A stretch of DNA of 64,000 nucleotides from Tubiluchus corallicola (taxonomy: Eukaryota > Animalia > Priapulida), in NCBI GenBank assembly GCA_030141605.1, contig JAQGDQ010000295.1:186001-250000 (forward strand). Reading direction: 5' to 3'. Every line of letters begins with the position of its first letter. The first letter of the stretch is position 1. Below, piece after piece: positions 49,561 to 64,000 of the stretch. The notes below the pieces were generated by a model. The model did no database searches and was not told the DNA's origin. It worked only from the letters and a program-made list of their open reading frames with translations. The position numbers were made by a program, and so were the translations under genes.

Positions 49561-52500
49561 TATATCAAGAATCTAGACATGAGCATGATAGAGAAACTAA
49601 TATAACCTGAAATATTTTTCATCTCTCTGAAATATCTAAGTTTGTAGTTGGTAAAAAATTGTAATTCTGGTAGAGTTCCATGGAGAAGCAGCTTTGGAAA
49701 AAAGCTGGACAGTAAGAGCCAGTTTTTCGCCTAAACTTTTTTAAATATTTGTTTTTGTATCGGGCCTATAATTGTGTGCATTTAGTTTTTATTGCCATAA
49801 TTATAATTACAAAACTTTTATAACATTAGATTATTTGTTTCTTTTTGTGAAAGTGGCTAATTATGGCCTAATAATGTGAAATGCCAAGAGGACCATGGCC
49901 TTTGTGCCATAACTTCAAATGACCCATTTTTAAAGTTTTTTTGGATTTCACCTCACCATGGTACTTTCGAGTTTCTTAACACTTGTAGTTTGTGTTTACC
50001 GACTAATTGACTAACTGACTTGAACCACCCACTTCAGGTCACAGTCTGCCCAGCTAAAATCTACCTGCCCCTTTTGGCACTACAAGTTACCCAAGTTTGA
50101 CTGATTAACTCTACAGTTTTTTAGTTTTAATTGACCTTTGACCTTGAACTACTCGTTTGACATTGCCAACTACTCAATTACTCTGTTCACAGTTGACACT
50201 ATAAGTAGTCCAAGTTTGGTTACCCAACCCTGCAGGCCTTTTAACTGAAAATGACTTGTACTCTTGAACAAGCTTGTGCCTAAACGTGACGGAAAACTCG
50301 TTCAAAGTCACAAATTGCTTCATTAAAATCTGCCCTCCTCTGACCTTAGCATCCAACATTTAGTTGACTGATTTGAAAAAAATTTATTTCACCTGCATGT
50401 AGTTATTACTGTATTTGGTTTCAAACTTATTGTTATATTTTTACTTCACTCCTTTGCATAAACTGGAACAACAGCCTGACGCATAATATGGGTCAGGGTT
50501 CAAATCCCAATCATTATTTTTTAATTTTCTCAGTACTACAATTATGTTCGCAGTACCTTTTTGTGAGATGTACTGATTGCAAAAAATTATAATCCTTTTT
50601 TGCTGCCTTGGTTTCGATGGAGATTTTTAACTAAGAACAAACCAAGTGTCCATACGTTTTTACTCTTTACCAAAGTAAGTGATTTGGGGTTTCGTCTTGA
50701 TTCTTCGACTGTTTTTGATTAAAGCTGAAGCAAAAGTTATATGTTTTGTAGCCAAACTGGACATATAGTCTTACTCCAGATTTTTAAAATTGTCATTCGC
50801 AATACTTTAACTAAATATAAAAAATGAACATTCAGTCCCTTACTCTAGAGTTGGGACAAACTGGATAGTCTGATCATTCCTTCTGCTTTTAGTCGGTGTT
50901 GTAATAAATGGGGCCTTCTGGACCTTTGTTCTTTAAAAATTTATTTGGTGTAAAACAGACTCTTCCACTCCCTGCAATGTGCAGCTCTGAGTTAAAATTT
51001 ATCTGTTTTTTTGCATTCTGTCTCATTTTTAGGAAGATTAAAATATTCTGACTTTTCTCTCGCTTTAGTCAAAGTTGGTGTAAAATAGAACATAAAAAGA
51101 ATAATACATAACAATAACAAAAGGCAAGTAATATATATATGGAGTTGACACTAGTTGTGAAGTTTTTACGACATCGTAATATACATCTGGCATTTGAGTT
51201 AAATCATATAAGAGTTTATGGCCTAAATGTCAAAACAAACTATGTCGTACCATTTGCGAACTTCCGCTGAAACTTTGCGCTCAGTAGCAACAAGCGGTCA
51301 GAGACATTGCAGTGAATTCGCCGCTACATTGTAATTACAGACTCGCTCCTTTTCAGAACTCAGCCATTGTCTTACTCAGCTGTCTAATTGCAGTTTAATG
51401 GGAGATGTACTGGCAGTGGGTGGGTGGTGAGCGGAGGGAGGAGCACAGCGTGCGTAATATACGTACATGGTTGAAATTCCTACTACATTTTTGCATTAAG
51501 TTTAGCAGTAATTTCCTTCCGCCTGTGTAGTGTAAGTGCAAATTCCAATTTGCCCCATTTAGAAATTCAATTCGCCTTGCATTTCAGCATTAAAATTGCT
51601 ATATCAAACACTAAAAAACACTAAAAAAAATAAATTACCACACATACACAAATTTAGAAAAGTACTAACTCTACTAATTACACCCAACAAGAACAAAAAA
51701 TATCAACAGCTACCTACACCAAATGAGAAGGACGTCCATAAACAAAAAATTTTGAAGTACATCAGGGTCATTAGCAATATTTGCCATCAGAGAATTGCCA
51801 GATTGCACAATTCTGGTAAACAGACTATAGTAAACTTATATGCATAAAATGCATATAATGTGGAAGAGATAAATCTACACATCTGACATGTGTTGCAAGC
51901 ATATTTAAGAGTTTCCGTATATTATTGTTGTATGACACCCTGTAGTTTCTCTGCAACACATTTGTCAAATTTAACCCACAAAGTGGTAACCCAGTTTAGT
52001 TGTTTGCTTCTCTTGTAAAATTTGAGGGGTATGTGCTTCGACTGTATTATACTGAAATAAACTTTAAACAAAATTATACTGAAGTGGTAAAAAATGTTCT
52101 CGCAAAACTAAGGAAAAACATATTCGTTGAAGCAGTGAATGTGATTGTTACAGTTTTGCCTTTCAGTTTCGTTGCTGTTCATTGGGTAAAATAAGTAAAA
52201 GACTGTGTTCTGAGAATCCTGTAAGAAGTTTTGTAAACTACGCTTTTAAAAGTTGTTCTATGGTACTGTGGTACTATGGTCTGTTTCCTTGTTTGTAATT
52301 TTCCATTTCTACTAGTTTCATATTGGTCACTTACTCGTCAAGCGTTAGCAGCAAAATATTTTTGGATAATGTACCTAAATACGTTTAAAAAGCGCAATTC
52401 ATTGTGAATTAGCAAAAATGATTTTCCCTTAGTCTTCCCGTTTTTTCTGCGATGTGCAGTTATTTCTATGTTGGGGGAGGGATCACTGAAAGCAGGTCTA

Positions 52501-52840
52501 ATGACTTTTGGGAGTGAATCCGAATGTAAGAACAGCAAATTAGTACACTTACCGGTATGTAGTTGCAGAATAACAGCAACGGCATTCTCTGCTCTTACTT
52601 ACCTATTGAAATATTTTCATCTCCTTTTTTTCGTTTGCATTAATGTGCAATTTTTATTATTAATGTGTAATTTTTATTTGTTTAATTTTATTTAATTGAA
52701 ATTATCTATTTGATGTACTAACCATGCTTGGACCGTCATGGAAATATTGTATTATATGCAAGTTTGATGCACATCCATGTAAAAAATAAATTACTATTCT
52801 ATTCTATTGTACATCGCACGTATGGAGTTACTACTGCATA

Positions 52841-53546
52841 TCAGGTGGCGCAAGACCGTGCCAAAGTTCTGATTACAATATTATAAGAAGAAAATAATGG
52901 AATAGTTTGAAAATTGTCACACTGATATTACAGACGCATTCCCTTGGATTTTTCCAAAGATACTTTAGCTTTAAAACAACATGTCAAGAAAGTAAGTGCC
53001 TTCAAAAAAACTTGCGTGTCACTATTGTTAAAGTTCAAAGTTGTGCATCCACCATTTTCACTGCAAACTAGACGAAGGCATTTCTTCCAATCGCTGACAC
53101 AGTTTCTTACTTCTTTAATGGGTGTTTGACTGTTTAGTCTCAGTCCTCAACAATTTTTGTTGTTAGTTCCTTTACATCAAAGCCAAACCTCTCTGTAGAG
53201 CCGTAGCATACTTTCACTGGGAATTCCAGGTACTGTAGTAGTTCATATAGGATTAAGTTCAATTTTTTGGATAATGGAAAAAGGTTGATTTCTTTATGTA
53301 TTAAGTGCTTAAATATGTCGCTTGTTTTTCAGTTGATTATTAGCTCCGTTGTCCCGTCATTTTAATATTTAACATGCAAATGTTTTTCGGCCATAGCTTA
53401 AAAACTACTGAAACTATAAACTTGTAACTTTCACAACAAGAAAAACAATGAATTGTAGTATCATGCTGTAAAATTTGAACATCGTAGAGCACTTGCTACT
53501 ACAGTTATTGCAGTCTAAACCCGGCACGTTTATTTGCGCCACCCGA
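52841..53546. mobile_element. Tc1/mariner-type non-autonomous element
   Basis: TA|TCAGGTGGCGCAAGACCGTGCC at the left end and GGCACGTTTATTTGCGCCACCCGA|TA at the right end. Confidence 0.65.
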
Positions 53547-56500
53547 TATAAGCATTTTGGAGCCTAGAGTTGCGTCCTTTTAAAGTTTTCCTGATAATGG
53601 TCTCGCCACTTAGAGTCCAGGTAAAGGGCACTGAAATCTCGTTACAACATAGTGATTTAATCATAGCTCACATACGGACGACATATTGTCTTTTTGTCTC
53701 AGAAATAAAGAGGTGCCACTATCCCCAGTCCACCCATCAACTGATAAGCATCTAGTACTGAAAGACTAGATCGTCTCCCAGTCCGCCCGGGTACTGATAT
53801 ATATCAAAATCTTACCTAATAATTTTCCTGGGGGAAGGCCTTCGTTCCGTTACTGACAAAGGGTCTTTGTGGTTGATTTAAAGACGTTTTGTTTTTGGGT
53901 TGGTCTGAATCTATGACGTGTGCTGAGTTGCTTATAATAGAGAAAATTGTAGAGGAAAATGGAGCATTAAGATGTGAAGTCAGATAGTGCACCCTGTACA
54001 TCTGGTGTAATTTCTTGAGCTTATTTTCAAATTGTCTCCAGTCGTAGGAATTGTTTCCAGTACTTCAGTTGTTAAACTAGCGAGAGAGGAATTAATTAAT
54101 TACAATCAATTTTATTCTTAATAATGCTACACGCCCACAATTAATTAAATTTTGACATCAAATTGAAAGATTAGAAATGCGAAAAAGTTGGAATGCGAAG
54201 AAAGATTTGAACCAGGGACCTTGTGCTTACATTGCAGACGCTTTAGACCTGTAAGCCTCTGCAATAATCAAGGCAATCTAAACTCCAAAATTCACCCCTT
54301 ATAGCTGGTCAACCAAATTCAACAAGATCGATCTCCCAGACTAGAGTGATTTCAACAAATTAGTTAATTATTTTATTTTGTTTAATTCTGAGCTAGAATT
54401 TTTCCTGGTTAAACGGAAATACTTTTTGTTTCAATGTCTAAATTCAGGAAATTCAGCTATGAGGGTCGCACAGTTGCAGGTGGTACTAATTTGTACGACT
54501 TCAGCTCATATTATTGTAATATTGCGTATGTAATAAATTATTCACCACTTAGTGTTATAGCTAATTATTTACGCAATATAATTTTGCCCCTAAGCTTTTG
54601 GCTGTTTTCTGTGTTCTTATTGCCGCCTCTCTGAGATTATTCTATTACTAGTCAATCACTGTCCCTTTGTAATACGACATTTAAACGTGCCTCAAATTTT
54701 GCGCGTGTTTGAGTTCTGACGGTTATCAATTTAATTTGATTTATTATTTTCTTTATTCATTGATTTTTATTAAGTTGCAGGTGTAATTGACTAAGTTATT
54801 TATGACATGTTTTACCTATACGGTTTAACCTGCTCAGCTACACGCTTTGCGCATCCAGTGTAAAAGGTACCGCTTTCTGAAATGAATTCATTACAAATTA
54901 AGAAAATATCTTTTTAAAGGTTCACTACCTTCCATTAGTTCAATAGAACTTCAGTAGATGGGGACACCAGCGAGTATGTCATGAGTTACGTGGCGTCGTC
55001 TATTCAGAGGAAAGGGTATAAGCTGATAACCCTGGTTCACTAAGAGCATTTTGCTGCTTATTTTCTGTACTTGTTTGAAATAAAAGTTTAGCGATGTTTG
55101 ACTTGGAAAGAAACTGGAAAGCAGACTGAACTTTAAGTTTCTGGCATCTCTCTTGGCTTCCTTCACCAGCACGATCAGTGGCTTCTTCGTGATTAGTAAA
55201 TGAGTGATGAGATTAATTACCTGACAGAATCTGAAAAATATATCATCGTTTTTAAATTGGGCAGGTGTAGCCGGCTGGGGTCCCCAAACTTTTTAACCAT
55301 TATTTCTCATCCACCCCTAAGCGTGTACAAAAAAAAAATAAATTTTAATAATAATTAAGTAGATGTGTAGCTTCCATGTGCATCAGTAAGGTAAACTGCA
55401 TACCAAGCCCTGCGAAACTGTTGTTCTGTATCCCCTCTAATTGTTTATTTTAATAAAAACCGACTGCAGTTTGTATTTTATTTTGTGTAGTTAGGCATAT
55501 CATAGCATAGATGATGTAGCTTTTAGGTTAGTTTAATTCCTTTAAATCTCAGAATTGATTAAAAATGATTAATTGTATAATCTTAATGTTGAATGTTGCA
55601 ACATTGAAGATTACTAATGGTATAAAAGTGCAATAATTATATCAGATTTAGAACCAATTTCTATAATTGACAGAATAGAAACGTGAAAAAGTTTGGGCCG
55701 GACTTGAATGCAAGGACCTTTGGATTCAAATCCAATACGTTTACAGCCTAAACAGCGTAGCAGTTTGTATTCCCAAAGTCGCCTGTTCAAATCCAGGTCC
55801 AGTGGAATCTTTTCGCATTTTTATTCTTTCCGTGTCTATGCGGTTCTAAACATATATGTGGATTTGTACCGTTCAAACTAGACAGTGTTTTAGTGTTAGC
55901 CATAACGGCAATATCTAACCATACAAATATCGCCATCATCATCATCATCACCATTATAGAACACCTGTTAACCCTCTCCTCACTGCACAATGGCATCCTA
56001 TTTCTTCTTAAGCAAATTAGCTAAGATTAGTGTCAGTGTAATATATCTAGCTAATAAAGCCCTACATTGACCTGAGATTGTATCAGCATAGTTATTATAG
56101 TGTGAATGTGACATATGGTTGGTACTCACTGGCGTTTTGACAATAATTGGTTTTCTTATTAGGAAATTGCAGGTAATTTTGACCACTTATGTAGCGCAAC
56201 AGGTAAACCTTGCACTCGTTTGGATTGATTGTAGTCTGTACGCAATTTGAAAAAATTATGTACCCAATTTACCAACATGATTTTAAAGTTCAGCTGGATT
56301 TCTTTGATATTTCACGCATTTATCTATACGAATACGATTTTTAACTGTATGTCTAATTAGATTGTATATTTGTGTATGTGTACTATTGCCTCTACCAATA
56401 TGATTTTGAAATTTGTGGTCTGTCGTCAGTTTCCAAGTTATATCAGGAAAATTTCACTTCCTATAATCCTATATGCTAATCGGTATACACTTAACGGCTA

Positions 56501-57559
56501 GAGTTAAGCAACACTGAGTCTGATCAGAAAATATATGAGAGTAACCACCTTTCATCTGCCATAGTGACTTGGGTTATTTAGCTCCCTGAGCCGCAGTTGA
56601 GGATATATATATATTGTGAATCCAAATTACCAAGACACCGCTCTGATGGTTGGGAGGGGAATTAAGAAAAACTGAACTATCATTCATAATCCGTCAGTCA
56701 TTTATATTTATGTTTGTAGTTGTGGAAGCTAACTCTATTACACCCTATTATACCTTTATCATGATTCCCGTGTTGCCACACCATGCTTCTTGTTCATACC
56801 TGAATCCCAAATAAATATCAGTTTGTGCCGTACGCTCGATCCACAAAATTCCTTTGTAAGAAGAATTTGTCACTAGTGAACGTCTCTTTCAGTGTTGATT
56901 AAATCTGTCTTGTTTGTTTGTAATGTAATGTATGTAATAGTGGTTCAATAAACAAACACATCAGTTCTAAGTCTGTTTAAAAAAAGCTGGCTATTTGATT
57001 ATATTAAACTTGTTCAACTATAAACACAACTAATGGACATGCCTAATACACAAAAGAATTTTAATAAAAAAATTCAGACACAGAGGGATTGTTTAGAACA
57101 TTCGCGTTATTAAAATAATCACAAAACGTTTCAAAACTTGTCTGATGTTATTCATCATTTGTCTTATACAATCGTTATAGGAAGACACTTGCCTGTAATT
57201 ACTGCAATACAGACTTAGCACACCACAAATAGTTTTCGAGTAAAATCATACACATATTAGCGTAGTGTGTTGATTCTCTTAGTGTTAACTTTCATTTTAG
57301 GGGAGTAATGTGTAATAACTAGGAACTACACCGTGTAGATAAATGTCTTCATGTTTCACGTACAAGAGATGGACTTCTAAAGCTGAAGTCATTGACAGCA
57401 ATAGCTACTTTCACACGACCGTGTTATCTAAGCTTATGCCGTCTGTTTACTTTCTAGTTCTTTGTTTATTACTTGCATACATCACTTTCTGTTTTCTAAG
57501 CTCGATAAATGCAGTTCCCACTCGGTGTTTGGATACAGAGTTATTTGAAACAAATCCGT

Positions 57560-58120
57560 TGGTATTCCTACTGGTCAAGTAGTCTTTGTCCGAGTTCTTT
57601 TCAAGTTTCTTAGCTCTTTGAGCTGCTGACGTTTGATGATGGTGTCCAATTGTACGTTTGACGTTCGTTTTGTGGACACCTGACAGCTACCTGAATGGGT
57701 AGACGTTGGTTAACTCTGCTGTCTGAGATTTTTTTCAAGAAAGTGATGGCTTGTCGTCTTACCTGGCTTTAAAACATCAAAGGTGTTACAGTAATTCTGG
57801 CAGGTGGGGTTGAAGGTCTTCGTGTTATCCCCATACTTCTTCTGGGCAGTAATCTCTGTCTTACGAGAATTTTGGGTCTCCGCGATAAACGAGTAACGAT
57901 CCGGACATTTGTTTAAGTAGGATTTTATACATCATAGAAGAGGTGGCCAGAAGCCAAGTTTGGGCGTTGCGGGGCAGTACGCCAGGAACAGGGCGATATA
58001 ACTGGAAAGTTTCTCGTTTGTGGATGCGGTTTTGAATTGTTTATTTGCTTTCCAAATACTGCATACTACAATTATTAAATTTCTGCAGCATATGAAACAC
58101 AAATGTGAAAAGATTGACAC
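57560..58120 (-). mobile_element. Decayed Gypsy-like integrase C-terminal remnant
   Basis: Minus frame IALFLAYCPATPKLGFWPPLL*...QKKYGD...DVLKPG resembles ALLAYRATP..G.SPAQLL...QKxYYD...LxPGD; contains in-frame stops. Confidence 0.45.
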
Positions 58121-60219
58121 TGAACCAGTATAAAAAATTCTTTATCAAGACCGTCCAATTTCTTTTGGTCTTGAGAATGCTGCTACATTAAGCCAAGCCA
58201 TTCTCTACCCTAGTCTTATCCTGTTTTAAATTGAGTAAATTTCTTTTAAGGGTGCTTCTGACTTCTTTTAAAATTTACATTATGATTGTATTTCAGGCAA
58301 AAATAAAACTGGTTCCATATATACGTACCTCAAACGTATTCCTACTATAGAAGTTAGTTTCAGTTTTTTAAAAGTAAATAACTGAAGAAGACAGATGTAA
58401 GCGGGACCATGGGAGGAGTGGCTTGTTGTCCCAGGCGAAATGAAAACAAACTCACTTCTAAAACAGTGTTTAATTACGTTGTCTATTGCTCGTCAGTTCA
58501 AAAACAAAACGTCTGAATATTGCATAGTTCAGAATTTGTGATATAAAGAAATGTAAATTGTATGCTCGCATAAATTTGCTCATACCGACTTTTCTGCTTG
58601 CAGTCTAGCTGTAAATATACTACTTTTTAAAGCATTTGCACTAAATATTAACGTTTTATCTCTTTGGAGACGATTTTATAACTACATTCTAGCAAACATC
58701 AGAGCTGCATTTAATAAAGGGTTAGCCAATTTTTTCAAGGTTGAATGTCCGTACACTGCAAGCAGAAATACAGCCGAATTTTAAAGTGCTAGAAAGAAAA
58801 TGTTTTTACCAAGTGCCGTACAATGAAAGTAAACAATTCTCTTGTAGCTAATATTTTAAATAGTAACGTTTACTTGCATTCTTTAATATCGATCTAGTGG
58901 AGAGACAAGCTATTCGTACATTAATTTTATTTTAACTTTGTAATTAATCTTTGTAAATATTGATATGTAGTTAGTAGTTTTAATTTTTTATATAATTGTG
59001 TTTTATGCTATATGGACGAGAAGTCTGAAACAAAGGCGTCTATTTGTATATCTATCTCTTACTCGAGTAGAGATTTTTTGCTTTTCTCAGATCACTTTAG
59101 ATTCAACACCCAAACTCTTTTCGTTTGTACAAAACTTCCCACTTCGGAAGTATGAAATTTCTGTAGCTGTATAACCAAGCTGGTTGTGCTAAGATATTGA
59201 CAAATGCAAATCTGTAGTACGCTAAACTCAATGTTTACGTAAATCCTTTCCTTTCAGCTTTAGATAATCGCTAAATCCAGGTATTGTATCACTCGCTTTT
59301 TTCTCAACATTTAGCGACGACACACTGACCTCACTGACTTCAGCCTATAAACTCTTACTTTTCAAAGCTTTGCAGAATTTTCTTCATTCGCGTCATTGGT
59401 GCATATTCACTCAATTCACCCTACTTTTAGCCCTTCTCCAATCCCAGCACCTCCAAAAGTGTCCCTTAAATCAAGGGTTGCTGTTATACGTCCCCTCTTT
59501 TGACTGCACTGTTAGAGTGTTTGACAACGCAATATTGCCTAAATTCTTTAACAGTATGCAATCTTGAGTGTCTGTGAACGCAGCATGTCTGCTGGTCAAG
59601 TTTACACCCTTTTCATTCGCCTGCCCCTCTCTTTGCGGAAACGTTTAGCAAAGAAAAGCTAATTCTTTTTTTAGCTTATTTGTTTGCACTTTTGCCTTTT
59701 ATCCATAAAACGTGCCCATGCTAAACCGCTAAACGGGGGCGTTTATCATTTGTTCGGCTGTTTTTTAAACATTTATAATCAGAAAGCGAAAATTCGCAGT
59801 GTGAATGGGGTTTTACTTCTTAGTATTTTGTCTGCATGCGGAATTACGGATACCGAATGACACGTACAATTGTGATCTTATGGGTGAAAGATTTCGCGAG
59901 ATGTCAAACTAATGCAAAACAGCCCTTCTTGATAGTACAGTAGTTAGCTGGCTGACTGGCCTGTTTTCATTGATCTTGCCAACGGTAAGAAATAGTTGAA
60001 TGAGTGGGGCGGATGCGAGCTCGATGTATTGCTTGGTCGATCTTTACATCATTTTAAAAGAAACACTGCCACAAATGCGACCCTGTGATTGTCATGTTGC
60101 CTACTATTAACTAAAATGCCCACCAAATGCAAAATTGTTACCTTTTTCGTTCGAATGTGTGTAGTTTTTGCTGGCGTACTTATGTCCGTACACTTTCTCA
60201 CCTTCGGCAAGAATTGGCA

Positions 60220-60485
60220 AAGATTTTACGTGTTCATTCGATTCTGTTCGTCCACGTCATATCTTAAAAAGTTACGAATGCATTTTAGTGAAATTTTCCA
60301 GTGGGTGGACTGTAGCAGCGTGTGCGATCAAGGGGTTTCCTTGCTGTTAAAAATCGATATTTATTATCGATTAATCCCCCCAGTTAAGTTAAAAAGGTGT
60401 ATGGATCCGTTTCATTCAACTTTGATGGAGAGGTGGGCTATGGGTTATGGAAGACCTGATTAGATTTTGGCGATGATCGATTAAG
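60220..60485 (+). mobile_element. Non-autonomous repeat remnant (Helentron/HINE-like)
   Basis: ATCTTAAAAAGTTACGAATGCATTTTAGTGAAATTTT and GGAAGACCTGATTAGATTTTGGCGATGATC motifs typical of this widespread repeat class; family assignment uncertain. Confidence 0.35.
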
Positions 60486-63120
60486 AAATGGAGAAGAAAT
60501 CAATTTTTATTAATTACGTAAGTGCAGGCTTCTGTGTGACGTAATAGAAGAGCCGATTTCAGGAAATTTATTTAAAAACCTTCCACACTAATGCCATTAT
60601 GTTCTGACTCTGTATGACAGGTGGCTTTCCAGAATGACTAGTCGAATCCAACTTACATCAGAATTCTCGGCGAATTTATTTTAGAAACTCAGGAACGCTC
60701 GTTGTTGCTACTTAAGCAGTCTTATAAGTTTACCGTTATTTGCAATTACAGTAAACCTTCGACTAAACGAACTAAAAGTTGTTAAAGCTGACTACGTGCC
60801 CGTGTTTAGGGTTGTTTGCGTAAGCCATGTTCACTTGGCACTTTGCTTTTCATAGATAAGAATTTTGTTGTGACGTCATTGTTGGATTGGAATTGCGTCA
60901 AGCTCAATCTGACCCTTATTTTCGCACGTAGCTCGCAGGTGCCATTTACAAAAAATGTCCTGTCCTCGCCATAATACGTTCTTTATCAGTCGTATATTTT
61001 TCTTCGGTATAGCAATGTTTTTTTATACACGTAATATGTCATTTCTATATGACTATTAGGTTATTCACCGTAGATTTCAAAAGGAATATTTTATATTAAG
61101 TTATTTATATTTGACGTCAACCGTAGTAGTTTATGGTATGCTAAAGAACATTTATTTTTACAGCAATATCATTTTAGGAGCTCTGATTTCTGTCACGAAG
61201 ACAATTTTATTTAATAGTGGCTAAATTTTAGACTAAAACTGGGGAGCACCTTTACGGGCAATACGGAGCTAACAGTAATAGCGGTTATATCTCACAGGTG
61301 GGCTTACCTTGATGCGAAACGATAATTAAATATAGCCAAACCTAATTTTTATTTCTAGTGTAATGGGTACGTATAGAGTTCAGTACACTTTGAACAAAGG
61401 TATGTCTGGTATTTTCACCAGCCCTTGAGCTTTGCCTGCGTCTTTTGTAAAGTATTTTATTTAATTAATAGATAGCAAGGAGCAGTTTAAGATTGCAGGT
61501 AAAGATATACCGCTCTTTGCAGACCGACCACAAATTACAAGCTATGAAGTTTTTATTAAGAAGATTGGCTAATACAAAGCCCTCATACCGTTTCCGATAC
61601 TGTTGCGGGATTTTCTCGCCAGGGGGGGCTTTGACCAGGCCCGCCTTAGTAGCTAAAGTTGGCAGTTCGTATGCGCATTTAGGGAGGGGCCTGGAGCCAG
61701 GTTAGTGTCCAATTCGTCCCAAAGAAAGAAACTTATCCTCTAATCTATCCGATTTCTTAATGAAGATCCGATTACAGTTTGTTGTCGCCCAACTACCTGT
61801 TGTGCGTGGCGTGTTTATTTGACATTATAAGCCAGGGATTTGACTAGTTTATCCCAAACTGGATTCATCCAACTTATAAATCTAGCGTATGCGTCTGTGT
61901 CGTAGTTGGAAGCCTAGGCTATTACGATTCGTGTTAGCACCCCGTTGATAATTCTGACTGTCGTTTTCTTCGTTTTCTCTCATCCTCTTAAGTTCTGTAG
62001 GGCCGACTCTTTAATTTACTTACGTTTGACTTCTTGTACCTCATTATCTATATTGTAATCTAAACTTTGCTGTTTAACATGTGATTATATACGTCTTGTC
62101 TAACAAGGTTCTTTTCTTGTAATCCGATTGCGAGTGTTAAGCTTTCGGGACTTTCGTACCTTTTGTGTTACAAGGAATTTCTTTTAGATGCCAAACATGC
62201 CCTTTAACGGCAGTTTATAAAGTAATCAAATTTCTCTCTGCCCCCCCCCCCCTTCTTCTGAGCTCTAATGTTTCGAGTTTTCAACACTTTTGCAGAATAT
62301 CGATTTCATATCAAATTTCTGTTTTTTCCTCTTTCTTCTCCTCCTACAGGTTGAAATACTCTGATTTTTACACCTTGGTGTTTTTTGCATTGTCTAGATT
62401 GGGCTTGCCCCAAAACAACGGAATTGTTGCAGAATTCTACTTGCAAACCAATAAACAAATATGGAACTCTTAGTTATTTTGTCTTTATTGACAATTTCGT
62501 GTTGCATTGTTTTTCTTTATTTGCTTTACTGGTTCTGTACTAGTCGAGCATTATTAGGAATAAGCGCGATTCTAGTAGTACCACATTTCCGCTAGAAGAC
62601 GGCATCATCATCATCATATATATATATATATACCCGTTACATTTGCTGTAGACACTGGGCAGGCAGAATTCTAAAGTAAAACAAGAAATCCGCCTCCAAA
62701 ACAGGTAAACACGCAAATAATTCAACAAAAAAAAACTAGACGCTACTATGCCAATGCCTTGTTAGCAGCACTTCGGAGAGTAATAGAAGACCCTATAATC
62801 TTCAGTGTCTTTTGCAATACGGGAGACCTTGCTCATAGGAATGTGAATATTGGGATTTTTTGATTTCTCAATTTTATGCCTGTTTTATATGATTTATATC
62901 GCAGCATCGTTTTACTTTTAGTGCACGATTTAGTGAAAACAACGTGAAAAACACATCAGAACATCGAATCAACGAGCTGTTCGAAAAAACTGAAACGAGA
63001 TAAAACGAAATAAAAAAAATAAATTAAAACGATTTTGTTAGTAAAAATATCATAACGTTAATAGCAGTAACTGTACAGAAATGAAGTAGAAACTAAGACC
63101 CTTAAAATTAATAGTAGGCC

Positions 63121-63344
63121 TAATAATCTTTTTAAGTCGGCTTTTAGATAAACAGTTAACATAAGCTCAAAGACTGTAGATAGCAAATCTACACCTACAT
63201 AGCAGAGGCTAGTGTTACCCCACCAGGCTCGGCAACCGCATGTACCATGTTTAGTCTTTGATGTTACCTGGCCGCAGTATCGAACTCACGACCTCCCAGA
63301 CGGAAAGCGGACGCGTTACGACAAGTCTGTATACCGTCTGGTCA
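63121..63344 (-). mobile_element. Second copy of the Meta-domain-like SINE
   Basis: Reverse complement TGACCAGACGGT...GCGTCCGCTTTCCGTCTGGGAGGTCGTGAGTTCGATAC...CAAAGACT...AAAAGCCGACTTAAAAAGATTATTA is colinear with 19435-19702. Confidence 0.8.
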
Positions 63345-63747
63345 CATATTTGAAGACATGTGTCGCGAAATTTTTTGTACAAACTGATTTTATTATGGTT
63401 ATTATAAGTAAACGAAGTAGAAAGATTTAACATTTTGTAGCACTGCTATAGAGATAAAGTTAATCTTTCAAGTATCATGAAAGGAATTAAACCCGGACTT
63501 ATTACGATGATTGAAACATTGCGAATATGATTGAAAAATACGTTAATATGCCTATTAAGCTTATTTATTTATTTAAAATTTATTTCAATACAATTGTACA
63601 TAATACAGATGCACAAAATACATGCATTTATAAAAGGTAATTTTCGCAAAGTTACTTTTTAAAATGTGGACAGTTGTTTTCAGTATAAGTGTCTGTGCTT
63701 TAGTAAAATTGCGCAGTGATGCTGCTGACGTATGCAGTAGTTTTTGA

Positions 63748-63835
63748 GTTGCGTGGCGTCCTGGTCTAAGTGCCCTAAATTTCGGAGTGCAACTACGGAG
63801 TCTTGAGTTCGAGACTAGCGAGACACGCCAGGGCG
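63748..63835 (+). mobile_element. tRNA-derived SINE-like head
   Basis: A-box-like TGGCGTCCTGGTCTAAG and B-box GAGTTCGAGAC; stems do not close into a cloverleaf. Confidence 0.5.
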
Positions 63836-64000
63836 TATACCCTACCTGTTTTTCGTCGTTTCTGTGTTGTTACCTGTATTATTCTCGGTCGCTAAATAGC
63901 CGTTAGTGTTAATGTTGTCTGTTAAAATGAGCAATGGTAAATAAATGTTGTCTTTCTCTTTGTCTTGGGGTGGTGCTGGCGATGAATTTCGCTGGTAACT

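Noticed and set aside
57760-58120. Selenoprotein-like exon with in-frame TGA and a good donor (CAG|GTAAGA)
   Set aside because: The translation better resembles a decayed Gypsy integrase tail; further stops follow and no SECIS was recognised.
63748-63835. Functional tRNA genes here and at about 5870, 37500, 54200 and 55700
   Set aside because: A/B boxes only; acceptor and anticodon stems do not pair, so these were treated as SINE or repeat heads.

Overview
AT-rich, intron-containing animal DNA, probably an invertebrate bilaterian; not prokaryotic, with no CRISPR array, rRNA or intact tRNA. Five spliced protein-coding genes were reconstructed by hand from GT-AG exons, in alternating orientation. 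They are the 3' end of an attractin/ATRNL1-like gene (+, 585-3685), a two-exon CaRF (ALS2CR8-domain)-like gene (-, 11017-8138), mitoferrin SLC25A37/28 (+, 13537-17853), TMEM127 (-, 26105-22196) and DUSP11/PIR1 RNA 5'-phosphatase (+, 26914 to at least 43003; last exons not found). The rest is introns and intergenic DNA full of MITEs, SINEs, LINE/LTR remnants and microsatellites. The most unusual structures are: (1) the CaRF-like/mitoferrin divergent intergenic region, built largely from three copies of a Ginger-like TIR element that form a large inverted repeat; (2) a 67-bp near-perfect hairpin next to a DUSP11 acceptor; (3) a MITE carrying degenerate TTAGGG repeats; (4) a candidate frameshifting micro-exon upstream of the DUSP11 catalytic exon. 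No new multi-gene system is proven by the sequence alone; all family assignments are from recalled motifs, not database searches.
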